Program-made: the position numbers and the translations under genes | Assembly: GCA_018818125.1 (NCBI GenBank) | Contig: JAHISQ010000120.1 | Location: 4,658 to 68,657 of the forward strand | Reading direction: 5' to 3' | Source of the DNA: Candidatus Rifleibacteriota bacterium | GTDB taxonomy: Bacteria; Muiribacteriota; Ozemobacteria; Ozemobacterales; Ozemobacteraceae | DNA length: 64,000 nt | Notes under the pieces: model-generated | What the model saw: the letters and a program-made list of their open reading frames with translations, nothing else | Database searches by the model: none | What the model was told of the DNA's origin: nothing | Shown: piece after piece, positions 1-8,210 of the stretch | Layout of the letters: every line of letters begins with the position of its first letter | Numbering within the stretch: position 1 is the stretch's first letter

Positions 1-1
1 A

Positions 2-970
2 CAGGTCGTTGAAGCATCTGATCTCAGCCGTTATGCGCCAGAGAAGAGACACATTCACCTTGGCAGCGGAATCGATTATTTCGATGTCGAAAACTATGTG
101 AACAGTGGCCGCGCCAGTTCTGGCGAATGGCAGCCATATTGCAGTCATTCGCATCTTGAAGTCCTGAAAATGGCTGAAAAATATGAACTCAGAGGCGGTC
201 AGTCCGCTAATGTCGCCGCCTGCGTTGCATCGACCCAGGCCATAGGCCTCGGATTCAGAATCGTGCGTTCTGATCCTGCAACGATGGTTATCAGCGGCGG
301 TTATGATTCGATGCTGTGTCATCTTCACTATCTCGGCTTCTATAAACTTGGAGCTCTGTCAGACTGGCCCGGAGACCCGTCACAGGCTTGTAGGCCTTTT
401 GATAAAAACCGGCGCGGTCTTGTTCTTGGCGAGGGTGCGGTTTCGTTTCTTCTCGAAAGCGGCAATAACGCCGCCCGTGAACGCATTCTCGGCGAAATAT
501 GTGGTTACAGTTCTACAATGGATGCCTATCTGGTTACCGACCCGGATCCGGGCGGTGAACAACTGGCGCGCGCGGCACTTGAAGCCATAGGCGAGGCCGG
601 GATTACTCCGGACCAGATCGACTGCGTTCATCTGCACGGAACCGGAACCCACAAAAATGCACCGGCTGAAGCAAATGCCATGAAGCGCATTTTTTCTGAC
701 AGATACAAAGAGATACCTGTATATTCAATGAAGGGGCAGATAGGTCATCTGATCGGCGCCTGTGGTGCCATGGAACTTCTTGCGGTTATCTGGTCTTTAA
801 CAAAAGGGCAGGTTCCCGTAACTGTAAATTATGACGAACCTGATCCCGAGGTAGGGCTTAATGTTGTCAGGGGCAAGCCGCTTGATCTTGAGATAAAATA
901 TGTTCTCAAACTCAATGCCGCATTTGGCGGGCAGAATACAGCTATAGTAATGAGGCGTTTCGATGCGTAA
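2..970 (+). CDS. Beta-ketoacyl-ACP synthase (FabF/KAS II-like), 5'-partial
   Basis: Frame is open from base 2 (QVVEASDLSRY...). Cys-His-His triad motifs are intact: AACVAS, HLHGTGT, KGQIGHLIGACG; C-terminal NAAFGGQN. Confidence 0.92.
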   Translation, partial: QVVEASDLSRYAPEKRHIHLGSGIDYFDVENYVNSGRASSGEWQPYCSHSHLEVLKMAEKYELRGGQSANVAACVASTQAIGLGFRIVRSDPATMVISGGYDSMLCHLHYLGFYKLGALSDWPGDPSQACRPFDKNRRGLVLGEGAVSFLLESGNNAARERILGEICGYSSTMDAYLVTDPDPGGEQLARAALEAIGEAGITPDQIDCVHLHGTGTHKNAPAEANAMKRIFSDRYKEIPVYSMKGQIGHLIGACGAMELLAVIWSLTKGQVPVTVNYDEPDPEVGLNVVRGKPLDLEIKYVLKLNAAFGGQNTAIVMRRFDA

Positions 971-1682
971 AATTGTCGTAACCGGTGCAAGTTCCGAAAT
1001 TGGCGCGGCAATATGCCGTAAAATAGCTCAGCCGGATGATGAAATGGTCATACATGGTTTCAGGCACCATGAGGCTCTTGAACAGCTCAAGACCGAATTG
1101 GAATGCCGGGAAACTGTTATCGCATCAGGTGATCTTGCCGATTCCGGCTTTTTATCAGAATTTGTCAAGACTGCCAAAGACTGTGACATTCTTGTGAACT
1201 GCGCTGCCGCAACAATTTCTGCTCCACTTGCCCAATTGACCGACGATGAGGTTGACCTGATGCTTGCAGTGAACCTGGTTGCCATGATCAGGCTTTGCCG
1301 TGAGGTGGTTCCCGGAATGCTGGCCAGAAGAAGCGGTTCTATTCTTAATATTTCTTCTGTGGCGGCATCCCGTGGCGTGCGCGGTCAGACCGTTTATGCC
1401 GGCACCAAAGGCTTTATTGAGTCATTCACCCGTTCCCTGGCCGCCGAGTGCGGAAGAAAAGGGGTTAGAGTTAACTGCATCGCACCCGGGCCAATAGAGG
1501 CCGGCAGCCTGAAGAGTTTACTCAGTTACACAGGTGATGAGGTCAAAAAGAACGTCGCTCTCAACCGTCTGGGTTTGCCTGCCGAAATCGCGAATGTCGC
1601 AGCCTTTCTCCTCAGCGAGAACGCATCATTCATCGTCGGTGAGGTCGTTCACGTGAACGGAGGCTTCATGTATGGATTGTGA
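963..1682 (+). CDS. SDR, 3-oxoacyl-ACP reductase (FabG-like)
   Basis: TGASSEIG nucleotide-binding loop, NISSVAA, YAGTK catalytic motif, VNCIAPG; overlaps the KAS stop. Confidence 0.9.
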   Translation: MRKIVVTGASSEIGAAICRKIAQPDDEMVIHGFRHHEALEQLKTELECRETVIASGDLADSGFLSEFVKTAKDCDILVNCAAATISAPLAQLTDDEVDLMLAVNLVAMIRLCREVVPGMLARRSGSILNISSVAASRGVRGQTVYAGTKGFIESFTRSLAAECGRKGVRVNCIAPGPIEAGSLKSLLSYTGDEVKKNVALNRLGLPAEIANVAAFLLSENASFIVGEVVHVNGGFMYGL

Positions 1683-2268
1683 TTTTGCCAGCTATGAGGC
1701 GCTCAAGAGCATTGCGCAGGCACGCAAAAGCTGCAGAACATTTTCCTCAAGGCCGCTCGACGATGATATTTTACAAAAAGTTCTCGACGTTGCCATGCTT
1801 TCTCCTTATGCTTCCGGCCGTAAGAACTGGACTGTCAGAATTATCAAAGACGGCGAAACCATTTTAAACGCTGCCGAGCTTGTTCAGGCACATTGCAAAG
1901 TCCTGTCAGCAGACGTCAGAGAAGATATGAGAGATTCTTTTGAAGCTTATGCAGAAAATTTTGTCGCATTCAAGACGGCCCCGGTTCTGCTGGTTACCGA
2001 GTTCAGGGTCATGCCGGCGCTTTCTCTAATGCTGGGAGGCAGTGAAGAGGTCGGTCGTTGGGAGAGAGAGAACTTTATCAAGTCGATTTCGTGCGTCAGT
2101 ATGCTGATTCTGCTTGCCGCCGAGTCGTTGAATCTTGGGGCTTGTTGCATGACCGGCCCTCTGCTGGCTCATGACGGGCTTGCCCGCTTGTTTAAGATTA
2201 AAGAGTCCAGAGAAATCGGAGCTATAATAGCGCTCGGATACAAATCACAGGAGATAAACAATGGTTGA
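1672..2268 (+). CDS. Nitroreductase-family flavoprotein
   Basis: RKSCRTFSSRP, LSPYASGRKNW, LAAESLNLGACCM, IALGY motifs typical of the FMN nitroreductase fold. Confidence 0.85.
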   Translation: MDCDFASYEALKSIAQARKSCRTFSSRPLDDDILQKVLDVAMLSPYASGRKNWTVRIIKDGETILNAAELVQAHCKVLSADVREDMRDSFEAYAENFVAFKTAPVLLVTEFRVMPALSLMLGGSEEVGRWERENFIKSISCVSMLILLAAESLNLGACCMTGPLLAHDGLARLFKIKESREIGAIIALGYKSQEINNG

Positions 2269-2635
2269 ACAGAAACTGCGAGAGCTGCTGCTGCCGGTGC
2301 TTGATATCGATTCAATCGATGAGATCAGTCCTGATGCATCGCTGGTTAGCGACCTTGGCGCCGACAGCATCGATTTTGTCGAGATCATCTATCTTGTTGA
2401 AAAAAACTTTGGTGTTGTGCTTAAAACCAGCCAGATCATCGTAGCCGGAACCAATCCTGATGAGCTGTTTGAAGATGAAAGATTGACGGCGGCCGGAGCC
2501 GATATCGTTTCGCGTAACCTGGGTGCCGACAGCGGAAGATACCGTGAAGGCATGACAAAGATAGAACTTTTTCGGGTCCTGTCGGTGAGAGATCTCGCCA
2601 GGGTCATTGAACTTAAAATGTCAGAAAAGGCTTGA
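2261..2635 (+). CDS. Acyl carrier protein, long form (124 aa)
   Basis: DLGADSIDFVEI phosphopantetheine-Ser motif, acidic composition, located within the KAS/FabG operon. Confidence 0.9.
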   Translation: MVEQKLRELLLPVLDIDSIDEISPDASLVSDLGADSIDFVEIIYLVEKNFGVVLKTSQIIVAGTNPDELFEDERLTAAGADIVSRNLGADSGRYREGMTKIELFRVLSVRDLARVIELKMSEKA

Positions 2636-2636
2636 T

Positions 2637-3359
2637 ATGCTAAACGGAAAAACTGTTTTTATCACCGGTGGAACCGGATACATCGGAAGCGAGCTCGTCA
2701 GAGTCTTTGCCGGTTACGGCGCGCATGTCATCTTTTCTTACAATCGTAGTGCTGATAAAGCAGAAAAGCTGAAAAGCGAAGTTGCCTCATGCGAATCAGT
2801 CAAAATGAACATGTCTGATGTCAAAGAAATAACTGCAGTGATTGAGCAGATCTACAAAGATCACGAAAAGATCGATATCCTGGTTAACAACGCTGCGATA
2901 AGCCAGATCATGCCTCTGGCCATGCTTGATGAAGAAGACGTTGACGCCGTTCTCGCCATAAACATGAAAGGCCTGATTTTTGTAACCAAAGCTGTTGTTC
3001 GCGGCATGATCCGCAACAAGGCTGGCGTCATCATAAACATGGGCTCTATCGCTGGTCAGCGCATTCTCGATGTGCCACTGACCTACGCAATGACCAAAGC
3101 CGCGGTAAATGGAATGACATACTCGCTTGCTGCAGAGTTAAAGCGGTTCAATATTCGCGTAAACTCGGTGATTCCAGGTCTGCTGGCCGGAGGTGTCGCC
3201 AGAGGCGTGCCCGATGACCTGCGTGATGATTTCGTCAAGCACTGTGCCGCCGGTCGAGCCGGCACTGCTGCTGATATTGCCGAATTGACCGCGTTTCTTG
3301 CTTCCGATAAAGCCTCGTATATCAACGGGCAGAACATCGCTTCTGACGGAGGAATCTAG
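2637..3359 (+). CDS. Second SDR, 3-oxoacyl-ACP reductase (FabG-like)
   Basis: ATG at 2637 directly after the ACP stop; TGGTGYIG, LVNNAA, NMGSIA, YAMTK, VNSVIPG. Confidence 0.9.
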   Translation: MLNGKTVFITGGTGYIGSELVRVFAGYGAHVIFSYNRSADKAEKLKSEVASCESVKMNMSDVKEITAVIEQIYKDHEKIDILVNNAAISQIMPLAMLDEEDVDAVLAINMKGLIFVTKAVVRGMIRNKAGVIINMGSIAGQRILDVPLTYAMTKAAVNGMTYSLAAELKRFNIRVNSVIPGLLAGGVARGVPDDLRDDFVKHCAAGRAGTAADIAELTAFLASDKASYINGQNIASDGGI

Positions 3360-3363
3360 GCTG

Positions 3364-4758
3364 ATGGGTGATACTCTGATCCGATCGACAAGTGCCTGGT
3401 GCAACGTCTGCGAGCAGGTCGAGCATGCCGCGATTGTTGAACGCAAAGGCTCGGTATACATGGAGCGGTTCTGCTCCAAGGGCGTGCAATCAGAGATAAT
3501 TGCCGAAAGCTATGCCTGGTATGCCGAAAGAATCAATCAGCCGCATGTTGCGACTACCGTGGCCGAGCCCGTTGCCTGCCGCCAAGGCTGTCCGCTTGAT
3601 TGCGGCCCCTGTGAATGGCACAGTAACGGTTTGAGACTGCCGGTTTTTTCGATTACCAACGACTGCAATCTTGATTGCCCCAAGTGTTTCACTTTTAACC
3701 GCCCTGATCAGCGCTATTATAAATCAGTCGAAGAAACCCGCGCGATTATTCGCGGTATCACTAAGGCTTCGGGCGGGGTTCAGCTGATAAATCTTACCGG
3801 CGGCGAGCCGACGCTGCATCCTGAGCTGTTCGAAATCATCGAAGCCTGTAAAGATGCGAAGATAAAGCGCATAACGATGAATACAAACGGCATCAGAATC
3901 GCCCAGGATTTTGAGTTTGCCCAAAAAATCAAGCAGTCGGGAGTTCAGCTGGTTTTAAATCTCGACACTCTTAACCCCGAAACCAGCGTTCTGATGTATG
4001 GCAAGGACATCACGGATCTCAAATTGCAGGCTCTGGCGACAATCGAACGACTCGAAATTCCGACGACAATTCTTCTTGTCGCTGCGCTCGGAGTTAACGA
4101 AAAAGAGGTCGCGCAGCTCACGCGTGCCTGGATCGGCAAAAGTTTTGTCAGAAGCATTACGATTCAGAACATGACATTTACCGGGAAAAATGGTGCCGCT
4201 TTTGAGCCGAAAAGACGCCTGCCGATCGATCAGATGGAGCGCCTTCTTTGCGAAGAGGAAGGCTTCGACACTAATGATTTTTTTCCGCTCGGGTCTTATC
4301 ATCCGCTTTGTTACAGTGTTGCCTACTATGTGTTTTATGACGGTCAATTGATCTCTCTGGCGAAAGTATTCGACCGCAAGCGACTGTCTGAGCTAACTGC
4401 AGGCAACTATCTGCTCGAACCGGATCGACGCTTCTCGATGGATTTTATTGAGGGACTGAACCGGATGTGGGCTGAAAATGTTGATGAGTCTCTTATTTTG
4501 CATTTTAAGAGATTGTTACGGGAAGTATATTCGGGCGATCACCCTGAGGATGACGAAGACAGGCGAAAACAGCTCGAAAGCATGGTGAAGATGGTTTACA
4601 TTCACCCTCACATGGATGCTGACAACTTTGATCTCGACAGGATCTCGCGCTGTGGCGACCTGGTTCCTGACGAAGAGGGCAATATGATACCCGCGTGTTC
4701 CTACAATCTGCTTTATCGACAGAAAGATCCGCGATTCTGGGTGGACAGTGATGAATAA
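3364..4758 (+). CDS. Radical SAM protein, Tes/GDGT-MAS (MJ0619)-like, paralog A with degenerate auxiliary motifs
   Basis: ATG at 3364; N-terminal CNVC, GCPLDCGPCEWH, CNLDCPKC (CxxxCxxC at 3664-3687), TGGEP, TNG, C-terminal HMD-x12-C...IPACSYN. Confidence 0.85.
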   Translation: MGDTLIRSTSAWCNVCEQVEHAAIVERKGSVYMERFCSKGVQSEIIAESYAWYAERINQPHVATTVAEPVACRQGCPLDCGPCEWHSNGLRLPVFSITNDCNLDCPKCFTFNRPDQRYYKSVEETRAIIRGITKASGGVQLINLTGGEPTLHPELFEIIEACKDAKIKRITMNTNGIRIAQDFEFAQKIKQSGVQLVLNLDTLNPETSVLMYGKDITDLKLQALATIERLEIPTTILLVAALGVNEKEVAQLTRAWIGKSFVRSITIQNMTFTGKNGAAFEPKRRLPIDQMERLLCEEEGFDTNDFFPLGSYHPLCYSVAYYVFYDGQLISLAKVFDRKRLSELTAGNYLLEPDRRFSMDFIEGLNRMWAENVDESLILHFKRLLREVYSGDHPEDDEDRRKQLESMVKMVYIHPHMDADNFDLDRISRCGDLVPDEEGNMIPACSYNLLYRQKDPRFWVDSDE

Positions 4759-6148
4759 AGCCGAAAGCAAACTGATTTATTCGCAGACCATGGCTCTTTG
4801 CCCGAAGTGTATGAGCAAGGTTCGGGCAAGAATAATCGAAGTCGACAGCAAGGTTTTTCTTGAGAAGTTCTGCCCTGAACATGGCTTTTCAAGAGTTCTT
4901 ATCTCTTCGGATCCCGAGTGGTATCGCGCCAGCATGGCTTACATAAAGCCCTCACAGAATCCAAAAGAAAGAAACGTTGAAAAATTTGTCGGTTGCCCGC
5001 AAAGCTGCGGACTGTGCCCCGAACACCGTCAGCATGTTTGCCTGCCGATAATTGAGATTACCGACAGGTGTGATCTGTCATGCCCGGTTTGCCTGAAAAA
5101 ATTCGATCGCGCGTTTTCATTGTCTGTTGATCAGTTCGCCGGGATTATCGACAACCTGATGAGAACAGAAGGGCGGATGGATGTTGTTAACATCAGCGGT
5201 GGTGAGCCTCTGCTTCACCCCGATCTGGAGCAGATGATAAGGCTTGCCAGGGAAAAAGGCGTCTCTCAGGTGTCAGTTTCAACAAACGGTCTCGCTTTTC
5301 TAGATAATCCGGCTTTAAGACAAATGTTTCGCGAGACGCGATCCATAGCTGCGCTGCAGTTCGATGGCTTCAAGCCTGAAACCTGGAAATTCATAAGAGG
5401 CGTCGATCTTGCCGCGAAAAAACAGGAAATCATAAGGGTTCTCGAAGCTGAGGGAATTACCTATTCGCTGGTATCTACGATATTGAAAGGTGTTAATGAC
5501 GACGAAATCGCGGCAATCAGAGATTTTTTCTTTGCATCGCAAGCCGTCTCATTGATGTTTCAGCCGGTTACATTTTCGGGCAGCGCAGCAAGTCTGGATG
5601 CTGAGCGGCACCGTCTGACCATTCCCGATGTCGTGCAGGCAATTGAGGGCGGCAGACATGTTAAAAAAGGCGATTTCAATCCTCTTCCATGTTCGCATTA
5701 TTCATGTTTTGCGCTGTCATATTATTTGAAGGTTGAAGATGGAGACTATTACAGCCTGAAAGAGTTTTTAGGCCGCGATGATTACCTTGCGATGATTGCG
5801 AACAAAACCCTGCCCGGGCTCGATAGCAATGGTTATGACATGATGAAAAACCGCCTGTACAAGCTGTGGTCAGCGGCCGATTCAAGCACCGCTTCGACTA
5901 AATTGCTCAATCGCGTTAAAGCAATTCTGAAAAAGCTCAACCAGGATTCTTCGACTGATGCCAGAATTAATGCTGGTATTGAGAATATGAAGGCTATTTT
6001 TATTCATCACTTCATGGATGTACATACTCTCGATTTTGGCCGATTGATCAAGTGCTGCAACCCTTATCCGATGCCGGGTGACCGTCTTGTGCCGATGTGT
6101 GCGCAGAATGTTTTCGGCTCTTATCAGGAGTCAGGGAAGAAATCTTGA
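4748..6148 (+). CDS. Radical SAM protein, Tes/GDGT-MAS (MJ0619)-like, paralog B with a full motif set
   Basis: CPKC...CPEHG, GCPQSCGLCPEH, CDLSCPVC (5069-5092), SGGEP, LQFDG, GVND, FQPVTFSG, HFMD-x12-CCNPY...VPMC. Confidence 0.88.
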   Translation: MMNKAESKLIYSQTMALCPKCMSKVRARIIEVDSKVFLEKFCPEHGFSRVLISSDPEWYRASMAYIKPSQNPKERNVEKFVGCPQSCGLCPEHRQHVCLPIIEITDRCDLSCPVCLKKFDRAFSLSVDQFAGIIDNLMRTEGRMDVVNISGGEPLLHPDLEQMIRLAREKGVSQVSVSTNGLAFLDNPALRQMFRETRSIAALQFDGFKPETWKFIRGVDLAAKKQEIIRVLEAEGITYSLVSTILKGVNDDEIAAIRDFFFASQAVSLMFQPVTFSGSAASLDAERHRLTIPDVVQAIEGGRHVKKGDFNPLPCSHYSCFALSYYLKVEDGDYYSLKEFLGRDDYLAMIANKTLPGLDSNGYDMMKNRLYKLWSAADSSTASTKLLNRVKAILKKLNQDSSTDARINAGIENMKAIFIHHFMDVHTLDFGRLIKCCNPYPMPGDRLVPMCAQNVFGSYQESGKKS

Positions 6149-7438
6149 GCGGCGGTAATTCCAGCCAATCGAAGCAAGAAAACTCATCAGCTCGATTGAG
6201 CCGGCAAACCTCGGGTAGACCTTCCAGTTTCTCAGCATGCTGCGATTATGGTAGAGCCGGTCCAGCCTTTTATATAGTTTGACAACACCGTCTTCAAGCT
6301 GTTTTTCAGTCATCTGTTTCGGTTTTATGACAACGTGATCCCAGTCAAAATCTGACCAGTCATTGCCTGTTATACGGTTTTCAGCCCTGGTCTGTTCGAG
6401 ATATGGGGTTTCGGGATATGGCGTCAAAAAATAGAACGTGTATGAGTCCAGGCCCAGTGTGCGAATCAGCTCCTCGGTTTCTCTGAATACGCTCGGAGCA
6501 TCGCTGTCGAAGCCAAAAATAAAGGTTCCGTCGACGAGAATTCGGTGCTTGTGCAGCAGATCAACAAGTGTTTTATAGCGATCGGCACGGTTTTGAAATA
6601 TTCTTTCGGCCTGGTTGGTCTCATCGCTGCCAGTCTGAAAGCCGATACTCACCGAAAAACAGCCTGAGCGTGCCATCATTTCGATCAGTTCCTCGTCGTC
6701 AAAAATGTTAGAAGGCGCCTGTATCCACCAGTGTTTTTTCAGCTTTGTGATTTCTGACAGCATCGACATCATATAGTCGCGATTACAAAACATGTTGTCA
6801 TCACAAAACAGAACGATATTCGCCGATAAGGCCTGCAACTCATTGTAAACGTCGCTGATATCCTTATACACCAGTCCCTTTTTTGGCATACAGTTCAGGT
6901 AACAAAAACGACAGCTGTTAAGGCATCCTCTGGTTGTTTCGCAGTATGCCAGGGTGTCGTTGCGTGACCTGAAGAGATCCCGGCGCGGACTGGCCAGTTT
7001 TATGCCGGTCCAGTTCGAATCGTAGCGATTTTTAAGGTTGCCGGCGGCAAAATCCTCAAGTAGTTTTGGCCAGGTGTCTTCGGCATAGCCAATAACAATG
7101 CTGTCAGCGTGCTTCGAGCATTCAGTCGGTGTTAACCCGACGTGAACTCCGCCCATGACGACTTTGATGCCTTGCGCTCTCAGCCGGTCTGCAAGTTTGA
7201 AAGCCTGGGGCGCAACATAAGTGTTTACCGAGATTCCCACAAGGTCATACTTTGAGAGATCAGCAGGAACTGGCTCCATCGCTTCATCAATGATTGTGAC
7301 CCGGTGCGGTGCACTGCAGGCGGCTACAACCCCAAGTGTCAGCGGATGAATGAGGTTTTCATCGACCTTGATTTTTCTACGATAGCCATGACTTTTCCAG
7401 CGTGGCTGCACAAGCAGGATATCAAGCAACCTTGTCAC
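6131..7438 (-). CDS. B12-binding-domain radical SAM protein (class B-type architecture)
   Basis: N-terminal cobalamin-binding fold (DLVGIS...VVMGGVH...ADSIVIGYAE), TTRGCLNSCRFC, FCDDN, FIFGFD, LTPYPETP. Confidence 0.9.
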   Translation of the reverse strand: MTRLLDILLVQPRWKSHGYRRKIKVDENLIHPLTLGVVAACSAPHRVTIIDEAMEPVPADLSKYDLVGISVNTYVAPQAFKLADRLRAQGIKVVMGGVHVGLTPTECSKHADSIVIGYAEDTWPKLLEDFAAGNLKNRYDSNWTGIKLASPRRDLFRSRNDTLAYCETTRGCLNSCRFCYLNCMPKKGLVYKDISDVYNELQALSANIVLFCDDNMFCNRDYMMSMLSEITKLKKHWWIQAPSNIFDDEELIEMMARSGCFSVSIGFQTGSDETNQAERIFQNRADRYKTLVDLLHKHRILVDGTFIFGFDSDAPSVFRETEELIRTLGLDSYTFYFLTPYPETPYLEQTRAENRITGNDWSDFDWDHVVIKPKQMTEKQLEDGVVKLYKRLDRLYHNRSMLRNWKVYPRFAGSIELMSFLASIGWNYRRSRFLP

Positions 7439-8112
7439 TTTACACCTGTCATGACATCGATTGAGCCCTTCCAGCGGTCAGTTACCCGAAACTGCGAAAA
7501 ACCGGCGGATTCAAAAAGCCTGGGAACAATACCGTCAAAGTTAGCCGGGGCATTAGCACCGATTTCTGGGATAGCTCTGCCCCAGACTTTTTTGGTATAG
7601 AGTGCCAGAAGATTTCCGATGATTCCGGAAGGTTTGCCGAATTCGGCCATAACAGCCTTTCCGCCGGGCTTGAGCACTCGAAATATCTCATTAAACAAAA
7701 CCTGCTTGCCCTCAACCGGGATCTGGTGGGTAACGAGCGATGAAACAAAGATATCAACGGATTCCGACTTTACCGGAAAATTTGGGAAAAGGGGAATCTG
7801 CACAAAACACTTGCCCTGGTGATCGATTGTCTTGCCATTTGCAATTTTAAGCATACCGGCTCCGGGATCAATACCGAGATAAAGACCGTTATACTGATAA
7901 TTGGTCTTGATAAACTCTAGAAGTAGACCTGTCCCGCAGCCGAAATCAAGAATTGTCGAGTTCTTGAAATCGCCGAAATTGTTGACTATTGACCGCCGAA
8001 AAGCGTTGTAAGAGCCTAGCCAGTGCAATTTCATACCGGTATCGTAAGCGCCGGCATTATCTTCATGTTTCATTATCTGTTTCGCTTTGATAAAATTATA
8101 GAAAATTCTCAT
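7435..8112 (-). CDS. Class I SAM-dependent methyltransferase (UbiE-like)
   Basis: ILDFGCGTG, GIDPGAGML, EIFRVLKPGG; 4-nt overlap with the B12-radical SAM start. Confidence 0.88.
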   Translation of the reverse strand: MRIFYNFIKAKQIMKHEDNAGAYDTGMKLHWLGSYNAFRRSIVNNFGDFKNSTILDFGCGTGLLLEFIKTNYQYNGLYLGIDPGAGMLKIANGKTIDHQGKCFVQIPLFPNFPVKSESVDIFVSSLVTHQIPVEGKQVLFNEIFRVLKPGGKAVMAEFGKPSGIIGNLLALYTKKVWGRAIPEIGANAPANFDGIVPRLFESAGFSQFRVTDRWKGSIDVMTGVK

Positions 8113-8210
8113 CGATAGTGTATCATTCTGCAGTTGGTCTGTAAACCCGATGGTCGCTATGACTGACAGAGTGTAAGAATACTATTAGTTGAAATCCGGA
8201 TGAATTTACC

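Noticed and set aside
2-6148. Calling the cluster aryl polyene, ladderane or GDGT biosynthesis outright
   Set aside because: No chain-length factor, dehydratase, desaturase or prenyl/ether-lipid genes are visible; the upstream part is missing and the product cannot be read from motifs.
3364-6148. Pterin dimethyltransferase or MoaA annotation for the two radical SAM genes
   Set aside because: The methyltransferase label is the older assignment of MJ0619; MoaA lacks the N-terminal CxxC and GCPxxCGxC modules; the context is acyl-lipid, not cofactor synthesis.
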